This document shows positions 7,782-17,655 of a DNA stretch of 64,000 nucleotides, one piece after another. A program made the position numbers and the translations under genes. A model generated the notes under the pieces. The model did not search any database and was not told the DNA's origin. It saw only the letters and a program-made list of their open reading frames with translations. The stretch's first letter is position 1. Each line of letters starts with the position of its first letter. Source of the stretch: Clostridia bacterium (GTDB lineage Bacteria > Bacillota > Clostridia > JAAYHZ01); the NCBI GenBank assembly GCA_050950825.1, contig JBMNIH010000002.1, positions 96,001-160,000 on the forward strand, given 5' to 3'.

Positions 7782-9050
7782 ATGGAGAAACTGGCAATTC
7801 TTGGCGGCGCAAAAGCCGTAAAAAGTGATGTAGGCGACATATTCACTTGGCCCATCATAACCGACGAGGATCGGAACGCCGTTTTGGATGTGTTGAACGA
7901 TCGAGCCATGTCGGGTACGGATATTACAAGGTTGTTTGAAGTAGAATATGCCGCTTGGATCGGCAGAAGGTACGCATTAGGCTTCAATAACGGTACTTCC
8001 GCATTGCATGCTGCAATGTATGCCGTTGGAATCGGAAAAGGCGACGAAATCATTTGCCAAAGCAATACGTATTGGGCTTCTTGTCTTCCCTGTTTTTCTT
8101 TAAAGGCAACCGTCGTTTTTGCCGATATTGAAAGACACACCCTATGCATAGACCCGCAAGATATCGAACATCGAATTTCGGAAGATACCAAAGCGATCGT
8201 TGTCGTTCATTACAACGGATATCCCGCGCCCATGGACGAAATTTTACGCATTGCAAAAAAGTACAATTTGAAAGTCATAGAGGACGTTTCCCATGCCCAC
8301 GGTGCCTTATACAAAGGAAAGCCGGTCGGCACTTTCGGTGATGTTGCAGCCATGTCCTTGATGACGGGAAAAGCATTTGCCATCGGTGAAGCAGGCATGT
8401 TGGTTACCGACGATAAAAAAATCTACCAAAGAGCGCTGGCATTCGGTCATTACGAGAGGAATTCATCCCAATACATCGATGAAGAAGAGCTTCTTCCTTA
8501 TCTCGGTCTTCCCTTGGGAGGATACAAATACAGAATGCATCAAATGAGTGCCGCCGTAGGTCGGGTTCAATTAAAGCACTATAATGAACGAATGGAAGAG
8601 ATTCAACGGTCCATGAATTACTTTTGGGACTTGTTGGAAGGAGTCCCGGGAATCAAGGCACACCGGCCCGATAAGAACTCCGGAAGTACCATGGGAGGAT
8701 GGTACAATCCGAAAGGCTTGTATTATGCGGAAGAATTGGGGGGCTTAAGTATCGAAACGTACATAAAAGCGTTGAAAGCGGAAGGAGTTTCTTCCTCCGC
8801 AGGCGGAAACATACCTTTGCATACCCATCGACTGTTCCGGGATTGTGATATATACAACGACGGCAAACCCACCCGAATCGCCCATGCCAAACGGGACGTA
8901 AGAGAATTGGATAAATCCATCGTAATAGGAGAAAAAATCAACCGCATGTCTTTAAGAGTTCCATGGTTTAAAAAGTTCCATAAAGACATCATCGAAGAGC
9001 ATGCGGAAGCTTTCCGGAAAATCGGCGAGCAATACAAGGATCTGTTGTAA
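7782..9050 (+). CDS. DegT/DnrJ/EryC1/StrS family PLP-dependent aminotransferase
   Basis: NNGTSALHAA, VIEDVSHAHGA, SLMTGKAFAIGEAG (PLP lysine), GYKYRM. Confidence 0.9.
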   Translation: MEKLAILGGAKAVKSDVGDIFTWPIITDEDRNAVLDVLNDRAMSGTDITRLFEVEYAAWIGRRYALGFNNGTSALHAAMYAVGIGKGDEIICQSNTYWASCLPCFSLKATVVFADIERHTLCIDPQDIEHRISEDTKAIVVVHYNGYPAPMDEILRIAKKYNLKVIEDVSHAHGALYKGKPVGTFGDVAAMSLMTGKAFAIGEAGMLVTDDKKIYQRALAFGHYERNSSQYIDEEELLPYLGLPLGGYKYRMHQMSAAVGRVQLKHYNERMEEIQRSMNYFWDLLEGVPGIKAHRPDKNSGSTMGGWYNPKGLYYAEELGGLSIETYIKALKAEGVSSSAGGNIPLHTHRLFRDCDIYNDGKPTRIAHAKRDVRELDKSIVIGEKINRMSLRVPWFKKFHKDIIEEHAEAFRKIGEQYKDLL

Positions 9051-9052
9051 AA

Positions 9053-9108
9053 TAAGAAGGCATGTGTCTTGACTATGAATCGCTCACTGTTTTGACACAT
9101 GCCTTTTC
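9053..9108. terminator. Inverted repeat between convergent genes (probable terminator)
   Basis: aaggcatgtgtc ... gacacatgcctt followed by a T run. Confidence 0.55.
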
Positions 9109-9164
9109 GTATCATTTTTTCTTTGTTGTCTCAATCGTAACCGTAATCGATCGACGATTCTCCT

Positions 9165-10535
9165 CTATCGTTCCGCAATCGGAACGTATTCCTTGCGCGA
9201 AGCCACGCTTTTGTATGCGGGTCGAATGATTTTTCCCGCGTTTATCAGCTCTTCCATTCGATGTGCACTCCAGCCGGCAATACGGGCGACGGCAAAGATC
9301 GGAGTGTACAGCTCGACGGGCAGATCTAGCATGTCATAAAGAAAACCGCTGTAGAAATCCACGTTTGCCGATACGCCTTTAAAAATCCGTCGTTTCTCCG
9401 CTATCACTTTCGGTGCAATTTCTTCGACTAAAGAATACAAATTGTATTCGTCTTCTTTTCCCTTTTCTAGAGACAAAGTTTTCACGTATTCTTTCAATAT
9501 TTCCGACCTCGGGTCCGAAAGAGAATATACGGCATGCCCCATACCGTAGATAAGACCGGACCGATCAAAAGCCTCCTTGTTAAGCAGCTTTCTCAGATAA
9601 TGCGCAATTTTGTCTTGGTCCTTCCAATCGTCCACGTTCTTCTTCAGGTCTTCAAACATCTGTACAACTTTAATATTCGCACCGCCGTGCTTCGGACCTT
9701 TCAAAGAACATATGGCGGCGGCAATTGCGGAATACGTGTCGGTTCCGGATGAGGTAACCACGTGCGTTGTAAAGGTGGAGTTGTTTCCTCCCCCGTGTTC
9801 GGCATGTAACACCAAAGCGATATCCAATACTTTTGCTTCCAAAGACGTATACTTTTTATCCGGCCGCAACAGTCTTAAAAAATTCTCCGCCGTCGAAAGC
9901 TCCGGTAAAGGTGTATGGATGTAGAGACTTTCTCCTTTATGATAATGCCGATATGAATGGTATCCGTATACGGACAAAAGAGGAAATATGGCGATCAACT
10001 GGAGGCACTGTCTTAAGACGTTCGGAAGAGAAGTGTCGTCCCCCTTATCGTCATACGGGTAAAGAGTAAGAACGCTTCTTGACAACGTGTTCATCATGTC
10101 GTGACTGGGAGCCTTCATAATGATATCTCTTACAAAATTCGTAGGCAGCGAGCGATAACGAGTCAACAAACCGTTAAATTCTTTTAACTCCTGCTCCGTA
10201 GGCAATTCTCCGAACAAAAGTAAATACGTCGTTTCTTCAAAGCCGAACCGCCCTTCTTTTGCGAAGCCGTTAACCAAATCCTTTACGTTAACACCTCGAT
10301 AATACAGCTCCCCGTAAGCGGGAACGCTTTCTCCTTGTTCATCTTCTTTTGTTGCAACGATCTCCGAGATTTCCGTTAAGCCGGTTAAAACGCCTTTTCC
10401 TTGTAAATCTCTCAAACCTCTTTTGACGTCGTATTTTTGATAAAGTTCAGGATCAATGGAGCTGTTTTTTATACATAATTCGGAAAGCTGAATTAATCCG
10501 GGCGTGACTTCAGTGAACGGATTCGTTTTCTTCAT
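9165..10535 (-). CDS. gltA: Citrate synthase (Si-type / 2-methylcitrate synthase family)
   Basis: LHAEHGGGNNST, GPKHGGAN, GMGHAVY...DPR, ANVDFYSG, ARIAGWSAH. Start placed at MKKTNP (SD AAGGGA); the ORF track extends to 10562. Confidence 0.9.
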   Translation of the reverse strand: MKKTNPFTEVTPGLIQLSELCIKNSSIDPELYQKYDVKRGLRDLQGKGVLTGLTEISEIVATKEDEQGESVPAYGELYYRGVNVKDLVNGFAKEGRFGFEETTYLLLFGELPTEQELKEFNGLLTRYRSLPTNFVRDIIMKAPSHDMMNTLSRSVLTLYPYDDKGDDTSLPNVLRQCLQLIAIFPLLSVYGYHSYRHYHKGESLYIHTPLPELSTAENFLRLLRPDKKYTSLEAKVLDIALVLHAEHGGGNNSTFTTHVVTSSGTDTYSAIAAAICSLKGPKHGGANIKVVQMFEDLKKNVDDWKDQDKIAHYLRKLLNKEAFDRSGLIYGMGHAVYSLSDPRSEILKEYVKTLSLEKGKEDEYNLYSLVEEIAPKVIAEKRRIFKGVSANVDFYSGFLYDMLDLPVELYTPIFAVARIAGWSAHRMEELINAGKIIRPAYKSVASRKEYVPIAER

Positions 10536-10878
10536 ACTTATCCCTTCTTTCTCCAAATTCATTGCAATTGTTATGTTTAATTTTGTTGATTATTCCGACC
10601 CGTACCTTAATTAAATATGGTAATAAATTAAAGAAAATTATACCGGGAAGCGCATATGAAGTAAAGATAAAATTTTTCAATGAAAGTCGGGAACAGAAGT
10701 AACCAATCGGTATTTACTTTTATAGCGGTTGTGATATCATGATATTTATCAATGAACCATGAATAGTTTTTAGTATTAATAAAAGAAAGGTGGTGTAGTA
10801 CCCGGTTTTTAGGCGAATCGAATAAAAGAACATGGATTTTTTCTTTTTGACTTTCGATTATGAAACCGGGTAATCCAA

Positions 10879-12042
10879 ATGATTGTTGGTATTCCGAAAG
10901 AAATAATGCCTGGTGAAAACCGTGTGGCTGCTATTCCGGCAACGGTTTCGAAAATGATCCAAGACGGTGTAGAAGTTTTAGTTCAAAAATCCGCCGGAGA
11001 CGGGTCTTTTTATCACGATGATGAATACATAGCGGCAGGAGCAAAAATTATTGATAATCCTGCAGAGCTGTATCAAAAGTCCGATTTAATCCTTAAAGTT
11101 AAAGAGCCCCAATTTAACGAAGCGTTAAATGTTCATGAAGTGGACTTGATGCACGAAGGTCAGTATCTGATTACATTTTTACATCCTGCTGCACCTGCCA
11201 ATCATGAAATGGTCAATCGATTGGCTCAAAAAGGAGTTATCGGACTTACGTTAGACGGTATTCCTCGAATTTCCCGAGCTCAAAACATGGACGCGCTTAC
11301 CTCCATGAGTACATGCGCGGGGTACAAAGGCATGCTTATGGCTGCCAATTACTTACCGAAATTCGTTCCTCAGATATTCACCGCAACCGGTATGATTAAA
11401 CCGGTCAACGTTCTCGTCATCGGAACGGGAGTTGCGGGTCTTCAAGCCATAGCCACCGCCAAAAGACTCGGTGCCGTTGTTTATGCGGCGGATATTCGTA
11501 AAGAAGCTGCCGAGCATGCAAAAAGCTTAGGTGCCAACATCATTGATATCGGTGTGCCCGACCGTGTGTCTGTAGGAAAAGGCGGCTACGCCAACGAACT
11601 GCCGGAACAATGGCTGGAGGTCGAACGAAAAGCATTAGCGGAAAAACTGCCTTCGATGGATATCGTATTTTTAAGCGCTTTGGTTCCCGGAAAAATTGCT
11701 CCCGTTTTGTTAACCGACGAAATGGTTGCCTCCATGGCTCCGGGCTCATCCATCGTAGATATCTCCATTGACCAAGGCGGTAACTGCGCCTTGACCGTTC
11801 CCGGCGAGGTTGCCGTAAAGCACGGCGTTACCATCATTGGTATCAAAAATATTCCGGGATTGCTGCCTACAAGCTCAACATGGATGTTTGCCAATAACAT
11901 ATACAATCTATTTAAATATATGTTGAAAGACAAGAAAATCGTATTGGATAAAAAAGACGAGATCGTTTCATCGATTTTGACCACCATCGACGGAAAAGTC
12001 GTTCACAAAGGTGCCCTTGAAGCGATGAAAAAAATGAAGTAA
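10879..12042 (+). CDS. pntA: NAD(P) transhydrogenase subunit alpha, domain I
   Basis: GIPKEIMPGENRVA, RISRAQNMDALTSMS, GTGVAGLQAIATAKRLGA, DISIDQGGNC. Confidence 0.93.
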   Translation: MIVGIPKEIMPGENRVAAIPATVSKMIQDGVEVLVQKSAGDGSFYHDDEYIAAGAKIIDNPAELYQKSDLILKVKEPQFNEALNVHEVDLMHEGQYLITFLHPAAPANHEMVNRLAQKGVIGLTLDGIPRISRAQNMDALTSMSTCAGYKGMLMAANYLPKFVPQIFTATGMIKPVNVLVIGTGVAGLQAIATAKRLGAVVYAADIRKEAAEHAKSLGANIIDIGVPDRVSVGKGGYANELPEQWLEVERKALAEKLPSMDIVFLSALVPGKIAPVLLTDEMVASMAPGSSIVDISIDQGGNCALTVPGEVAVKHGVTIIGIKNIPGLLPTSSTWMFANNIYNLFKYMLKDKKIVLDKKDEIVSSILTTIDGKVVHKGALEAMKKMK

Positions 12043-12105
12043 AAATCAAAAAATTGTGACCGTTTTCTCCGACCGGTTCGGAAAAACGTCGGAAAGGAGT
12101 TTTCA

Positions 12106-12396
12106 ATGCAGGCTCTCTTACTGATTCTCGTATTCCTCGTAAGCACCGTAGTCGGCTACATGATTATTAAAAACGTGCCTAGTCTTTTACACACTCCTTT
12201 AATGTCCGGAATGAACGCCTTGTCCGGGATTACCGTTTTGGGTGCCTTGACAACCGCAGCCATTGCGATACAGACGGGAAGCAAAATCCTAGGCTATTTG
12301 GCCATCGTATTGGCGATGATTAATGTAGCCGGAGGTTTTACCGTTACCGGAAGAATGCTAAAAATGTTTAAGAACAAAGGAGATGACAACAGATGA
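12106..12396 (+). CDS. pntA: NAD(P) transhydrogenase alpha subunit part 2 (membrane)
   Basis: VPSLLHTPLMSGMNALSG, INVAGGFTVTGRMLKMF. Confidence 0.92.
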   Translation: MQALLLILVFLVSTVVGYMIIKNVPSLLHTPLMSGMNALSGITVLGALTTAAIAIQTGSKILGYLAIVLAMINVAGGFTVTGRMLKMFKNKGDDNR

Positions 12397-13772
12397 GTGA
12401 CATTGTTTTCTATATCCTTTGCGGGATATTGTCGGTTGCGGTCTTAATCGGTATAGCCATGATGAGTAAAGTCAAAACGGCCGTTACGGGAAATCGAATC
12501 AGCGCTATTGCCATGGTTTGTGCCATTGCTCTGGTTTTGGTCAAATACGAAATCATTTCCGTTCTTTCATTGTGGATATGTATGGCCTTAGGTCTTGCTA
12601 TCGGTATCCTGTGGGCGTACAAAGTAAAAATGATCGAAATGCCTCAAATGGTAGCCTTGTTAAACGGGTTCGGCGGAATCGCTTCGGCTATTGTCGGAAC
12701 AATTTTGATGGTAGATTCCTCCGGTATGAACTCGTTTGAGTTGATTACCGCCGCCTTGGCATTGGTCGTCGGTATTGCCACCTTTACCGGTAGTATGGTG
12801 GCTGCAGGAAAGCTGCATAAAGTCATCTCCCAGAAACCGATTATTTTAAAGTATCATCAATTGATTACCGTTGTTTTATTGATATTATCCGTTCTGTCCG
12901 TTGTTTTGGCAATTTTATTACCCGATGCTCTTTTCGTAAGCATCGCTGCAGGCTGGATAGCGGGCGGCTTGTTCGGTATCGTTTTTACCGTAAGAGTCGG
13001 CGGTGCGGATATGCCCATTACCATCTCTCTTTTAAATTCCCTTTCGGGTGTGGCAGGTTCCATTGCCGGTATGGCGGCTAACAATTACCTTACCGTTGCC
13101 GTCGGCGGCATTGTCGGAGCTTCGGGACTTTTGTTGACGCAAATTATGTGCCGATCCATGAACAGACGGCTAGGCGATATTCTTTTAGGAAAAACCACCG
13201 TAGCCTCCTCCGGCGGTGCGACGAAAAAGGATTCCGCAGAGGAAAGTGCGGATGAAAAACCGGAAGAATCCCTCGATTTGGCCGGAATAATAAAAGCGGC
13301 GAAACGAGTGATTATTGTTCCCGGCTACGGTATGGCTTTGGCCCAAGCCCAACACTTGGTTTCTCGCCTCTCGGAAGCGCTGGAGAAAAAGGGTGCAACG
13401 GTAGATTTCGCCATTCATCCGGTAGCGGGAAGAATGCCGGGGCACATGAACGTATTGTTGGCCGAAGCCAATGTCCCCTATGAAAAGCTAAAAGAAATGG
13501 ACGATATCAACCCGGAATTCGCAAACTGCGATCTGGCAATCGTTGTCGGTGCCAACGACGTTATTAACCCTGCCGCAAATACGGCGGAAGGAACACCGAT
13601 CTACGGAATGCCGGTACTTAACGTGGAACAAGCAAAGCACATCGTCATATGCAATTACGACTTAAATCCGGGATATGCGGGCGTCGAAAATGCATTGTAC
13701 AAAAAGAAGAATGTTATCATGAAGTTGGGAGACGCAAAAGAAACCGTTTCCATGCTTATCGATTTGATATAA
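12393..13772 (+). CDS. pntB: NAD(P) transhydrogenase subunit beta
   Basis: EMPQMVALLNGFGG, GGADMPITISLLNS, VPGYGMALAQAQ, HPVAGRMPGHMNVLLAEA. Confidence 0.95.
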   Translation: MSDIVFYILCGILSVAVLIGIAMMSKVKTAVTGNRISAIAMVCAIALVLVKYEIISVLSLWICMALGLAIGILWAYKVKMIEMPQMVALLNGFGGIASAIVGTILMVDSSGMNSFELITAALALVVGIATFTGSMVAAGKLHKVISQKPIILKYHQLITVVLLILSVLSVVLAILLPDALFVSIAAGWIAGGLFGIVFTVRVGGADMPITISLLNSLSGVAGSIAGMAANNYLTVAVGGIVGASGLLLTQIMCRSMNRRLGDILLGKTTVASSGGATKKDSAEESADEKPEESLDLAGIIKAAKRVIIVPGYGMALAQAQHLVSRLSEALEKKGATVDFAIHPVAGRMPGHMNVLLAEANVPYEKLKEMDDINPEFANCDLAIVVGANDVINPAANTAEGTPIYGMPVLNVEQAKHIVICNYDLNPGYAGVENALYKKKNVIMKLGDAKETVSMLIDLI

Positions 13773-13799
13773 CGAAACAATAAAATATATACTGATTTT

Positions 13800-13825
13800 A
13801 ACAGGGTTTTATACCCTGTTTTTTT
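13800..13825 (+). terminator. Intrinsic terminator of the pnt operon
   Basis: aacagggt-tttat-accctgtt followed by a T run. Confidence 0.8.
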
Positions 13826-13912
13826 CATCTTTTTATACCGGAAGAAAACAGTTGATTATTCCGGGTTTCTTTGGTAACATTTGAATATGCTAAGGAAAGA
13901 AAGGTTTTTAGG

Positions 13913-14299
13913 TTGAAAGTATACGAGTCTGCAGAAAACTATTTGGAAACCATTTTAATACTGAAAAGGCGAAACGGGTACGTTCGATCCATCGACATCG
14001 CAAAAGAAATGAACTTTTCAAAGCCGAGTATCAGCAATGCCATGAAGCAATTTCGCAAATCCGGTTATATTGAAATGGATGAAAACGGATTTATCGAGCT
14101 GACGGAAAAAGGGTTGGCTTTGGCGGAACGTGTTTATGAGCGACATTGCCTGCTGACCCAATACCTGGTGTCTCTCGGTGTTCGAAAAGAAACGGCAAAA
14201 GAAGATGCGTGTCGCATCGAGCATGTTATCAGCGACGAATCCTTCGAAAAGCTGAAAGAACATACCGGCAAACTCATGGAACAAAACAAGAATGAATAA
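13913..14299 (+). CDS. mntR: DtxR/MntR family metal-dependent transcriptional regulator
   Basis: ESAENYLETI, VRSIDIA, YERH, DACRIEHVIS. TTG start at 13913 is likely; the ORF track starts at 13871. Confidence 0.85.
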   Translation: MKVYESAENYLETILILKRRNGYVRSIDIAKEMNFSKPSISNAMKQFRKSGYIEMDENGFIELTEKGLALAERVYERHCLLTQYLVSLGVRKETAKEDACRIEHVISDESFEKLKEHTGKLMEQNKNE

Positions 14300-14300
14300 T

Positions 14301-14330
14301 AAAATCCGCCGTCACTGCGGCGGATTTTTT
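14301..14330. terminator. Bidirectional intrinsic terminator
   Basis: aaaatccgccg-tcactg-cggcggattttt between convergent genes. Confidence 0.85.
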
Positions 14331-14339
14331 ATGTCTTTT

Positions 14340-15497
14340 CTATTTTAATAGCCAAGCCTCGTCAAAAATCGCAAAGTCAAGATCGCTGGTTGGCGGGGGT
14401 ACGCTCCGATAATGACTGATTCCCAACAAGATACGGCCGTCGTCCAATTGGATGACACCGTGGTTGCTCAATTGGTTGGTCCCGGTTTCGTTGCCGATGA
14501 TTTTCGCTTCGCTCCAAGTAGTGCCGCCGTCCTTCGACAAAGCCGCAACAAGAGGATATCTCGGTCTTTGGGTTGTTGAAGAAACATTGTTCCATACGGC
14601 TAAAAGGTTTCCGCTTTGAAGCTTGATCATACGGGTCATGGATTCCGGCGCCGTCAGCGGAGACGGTTCCGATTCGCTCCAGGTTTCTCCCCCGTCGGAT
14701 GAATAGGTTCGATATACATATCCCCCTTTGGTTCGAAACATGGCGATCAGCTTGTTCGGCGCAATTTCAGCCATTTGAATTTCCATAACTCCTCTCGGTG
14801 TCGTAGATATGATTTCACCGCTTCGCCGCCAAGTTTCACCTTCATCGTCCGAGAGCAAGCAAGCGCCGGTAAAATGTTGAACAGGATTTGATAAATCGCC
14901 GATGCGTTCGGGATCCATAAACGTAAATGCCGCTATGATACGGCCGCTCGAAAGCTGTATAACATTATCGATGGATCCGTAAAACTTGGTGTAGGGCAAT
15001 TCTTTTCCGCCTGAAATTAGCGACCAAGGAATTTCCTTTCCGTGATCAAAGGTTTCCCCTCCGTCTTCGGAAATTTTTAAGAAAATACGGGTGCTGCTTT
15101 TGAAATAGTTGCTTCCTCTGACAAGACGGTGTGTTTTTCGGTCGACCTCAATGTGATGGCGAGTGCGAGTATGAAGCATTAACGTTTTTGACGAATCCCG
15201 AAGACGCAGCATATGCACGAAGTACGGTACTCCCCCGAGAAAATCCGCCATAAACACTTGGGGATCCGACCAAGTGAGACCTCGGTCTTCGGATACGGAA
15301 TAAAGCTTAACGGCGTTACCGGAGCATTCATCATAATCGTATGCACTCCAGTACATTAAAACTCTGCCGTCGGCATACTGATAGAATTTAGGCTCCTGAT
15401 GATAATCGCTCCCAATGCCGCCTCGAATGAATTGGTAATATGAAAGCTCACCGGGCTTGTAATCCATGGATCGGATGTTCGTAATAATCATTTTCAT
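14340..15497 (-). CDS. Asp-box (BNR) beta-propeller protein, sialidase-like, no signal peptide
   Basis: Five Asp boxes: SEDRGLTW, SEDGGETF, SDDEGETW, SSDGGETW, SKDGGTTW. Confidence 0.8.
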   Translation of the reverse strand: MKMIITNIRSMDYKPGELSYYQFIRGGIGSDYHQEPKFYQYADGRVLMYWSAYDYDECSGNAVKLYSVSEDRGLTWSDPQVFMADFLGGVPYFVHMLRLRDSSKTLMLHTRTRHHIEVDRKTHRLVRGSNYFKSSTRIFLKISEDGGETFDHGKEIPWSLISGGKELPYTKFYGSIDNVIQLSSGRIIAAFTFMDPERIGDLSNPVQHFTGACLLSDDEGETWRRSGEIISTTPRGVMEIQMAEIAPNKLIAMFRTKGGYVYRTYSSDGGETWSESEPSPLTAPESMTRMIKLQSGNLLAVWNNVSSTTQRPRYPLVAALSKDGGTTWSEAKIIGNETGTNQLSNHGVIQLDDGRILLGISHYRSVPPPTSDLDFAIFDEAWLLK

Positions 15498-15515
15498 TTC
15501 CCCCTTAATCCGAGT

Positions 15516-16001
15516 TTAATAATCCTCACGATTTCCGAACTCGGCGGATTCCACCCAATCTTCGGCTTTCGTCAACAGCTCGATCAAGCCTTCAAACACA
15601 TTGTAGTGCTCTGTCTCCTGCTTTATCAACAATTCGAAAATTTCCTTTTCCTTCGGATCTTTCGCCTCGTTTTTCATTTCCTTGTAAAGGTCGATACTTT
15701 CTTGCTCCTTCCGAAGGGCGCTTTCGTACACATCCCGCTGCCGAGGAATGTCAAAGGTTTCGCTTTTGATGAACTCCCCGTCATTAAAAATCTTCTCGGC
15801 TTTGGTCAGAGCGGTGCTTACCTTTATTTCATAAGGCAATCCGTTCAGCTTGCTTTCCAATATCTTCGCATGATGTTCTTCTTCATTCGCCAAAGATAGA
15901 AATACCGCTTTCAAGCCCTCATCTTCGCTCAGCTCCGCCTGTTTCAAGTAAAAGTCCCGGCCTTCATACTCAATCCGGATCGCAAATTCCAAAGTATTCA
16001 T
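15516..16001 (-). CDS. Ferritin-like / rubrerythrin family protein
   Basis: AIRIEYEGRDFY, EEEHH, ALRKEQESIDLY, QETEH: duplicated diiron E...ExxH motifs. Confidence 0.85.
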   Translation of the reverse strand: MNTLEFAIRIEYEGRDFYLKQAELSEDEGLKAVFLSLANEEEHHAKILESKLNGLPYEIKVSTALTKAEKIFNDGEFIKSETFDIPRQRDVYESALRKEQESIDLYKEMKNEAKDPKEKEIFELLIKQETEHYNVFEGLIELLTKAEDWVESAEFGNREDY

Positions 16002-16222
16002 ACCGTGCTCCTTTCCATGACTTTTTCTATTTATTTAAAATTATTTTCCAAAGTCGATGCCCCGCGGCAATAAAGATCGACCGCTTATAAGAAATTATTG
16101 TAAATTTAGCTTTGAGTTCATTATAACACAAAAATGCATATTTCAAGTTGAAAGATTTCACAAATCCTTCGTTAAGGTTATATATTATATAAAAAACTTT
16201 ACTTCAAATTAACGCTGAATAC

Positions 16223-16250
16223 TTGACAGACAAACGGAGTGTTATATAAT
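16223..16250 (+). promoter_or_regulatory. sigmaA promoter of aspartate kinase
   Basis: TTGACA-16 nt-TATAAT. Confidence 0.7.
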
Positions 16251-16299
16251 TGCTTATCAGAACTTAAAAATAGTGAATTGTTTTTTTACGGAGGTAGAG

Positions 16300-17649
16300 A
16301 TGAAAGTTGCAAAATTCGGCGGTTCCTCATTAGCGGATGCCAATCAAATAAAAAAAGTGTGTAAGATCATAACAAGCGATCCCGAGCGTAAGATCATTGT
16401 CGTATCGGCACCCGGGAAAAGGTTTAAGACGGATATCAAAGTTACCGACATGTTGATCCAATGTGCCGAAGCCATGTTGACAACAGGTAACGCCGATAAA
16501 GAAGTAAAGGATGTGATTGCTCGTTTTGAGAGCATTGCAAACGATTTGGCTATGTCCTCGGATATTATCCGGGTTATCTACGATGATATTATGGACAGAG
16601 TCAACTTCTCTACCGAACACAAAGGTAAATATATCGATAACTTAAAGGCGGCGGGAGAAGACAACTGCGCCAAGCTGGTTGCGGAATACTTGAACAGTAT
16701 CGGGATAAAAGCTCAATACGTAAGTCCGAAAGACGCCGGCTTGTACTTGACGGAATCCTTCGGAAACGCAAGAATTCTTCCCGAATCCTACGAAAATTTA
16801 GGCAAGCTAGCGCATATGGACGGCATTGTCGTATTCCCCGGCTTTTTCGGATATACCAAAAACGGCAATGTAGTCACCTTCTCGAGAGGAGGCTCCGACA
16901 TCACCGGTTCCATTTTGGCCGCTGCGGTCAATGCGGATCTTTATGAAAACTTTACCGACGTGGACTGCATCTATGCCGTTAATCCCAATCTGGTGGAAAA
17001 TCCGACGGCAATAACGGAATTGACGTATCGTGAAATGAGGGAGCTGGCCTATGCCGGTTTCAGCGTCTTTCACGAAGAAGCCCTCACACCGGTTTACTAC
17101 AGCAACATCCCGGTGAATGTAAAGAATACCAACAATCCTTCGGCCCCCGGCACCACCATACTGCCGAAGCTGGAAAATCCCACACGACCGGTGGTAGGAG
17201 TAGCCGGAGACAAGGGCTTTTGCAGTATCTACGTTCGTAAGTACTTGATGAACCACGAAATCGGTTTCGGGAGAAAGCTCTTGGAAATTCTGGAAAGCGA
17301 AGGCATTTCCTACGAACACTCTCCTACCGGTATCGACGATATTTCCGTTGTTATTCGTGAAAAGCAATTGACGGAAGAAATCGAAAAACGATTGGTTCAA
17401 AACATTAAAGAAAAGCTGAAGCCGGACGATATTTATATCCAAAGAGGCCAAGCGTTGATTATGCTGGTAGGCGAGGGCTGCAAAAACACCATCGGTATTG
17501 CGTCGAAAGCCACGAAAGCATTGGCCGATGCCGGTATCAACATCGAAATGATCAACCAAGGTTCCTCGGAAGCCAGTATTATGTTCGGCATCCGAGGAGA
17601 CCGCTGTAACGACGCTATCGTAGCGTTGTACAAAGCCTTTTTCGAATAA
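16300..17649 (+). CDS. lysC: Aspartate kinase (YclM/AK III-like)
   Basis: MKVAKFGGSSLA, VVSAPGKR, TFSRGGSDITG, ENFTDVD, two ACT domains. SD GGAGG before ATG 16300. Confidence 0.92.
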   Translation: MKVAKFGGSSLADANQIKKVCKIITSDPERKIIVVSAPGKRFKTDIKVTDMLIQCAEAMLTTGNADKEVKDVIARFESIANDLAMSSDIIRVIYDDIMDRVNFSTEHKGKYIDNLKAAGEDNCAKLVAEYLNSIGIKAQYVSPKDAGLYLTESFGNARILPESYENLGKLAHMDGIVVFPGFFGYTKNGNVVTFSRGGSDITGSILAAAVNADLYENFTDVDCIYAVNPNLVENPTAITELTYREMRELAYAGFSVFHEEALTPVYYSNIPVNVKNTNNPSAPGTTILPKLENPTRPVVGVAGDKGFCSIYVRKYLMNHEIGFGRKLLEILESEGISYEHSPTGIDDISVVIREKQLTEEIEKRLVQNIKEKLKPDDIYIQRGQALIMLVGEGCKNTIGIASKATKALADAGINIEMINQGSSEASIMFGIRGDRCNDAIVALYKAFFE

Positions 17650-17655
17650 TCGGCA

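Noticed and set aside
16086-16104. PerR/Fur-like box upstream of the ferritin-like gene
   Set aside because: Too many mismatches to TTATAATNATTATAA in an AT-rich context.
16010-16299. Lysine riboswitch or T-box before aspartate kinase
   Set aside because: A consensus sigmaA promoter ends only 50 nt before the ATG, leaving no room, and no such motifs are visible.
16807-17559. 250-aa antisense ORF
   Set aside because: Lies wholly opposite aspartate kinase with no motifs; a codon-bias shadow.
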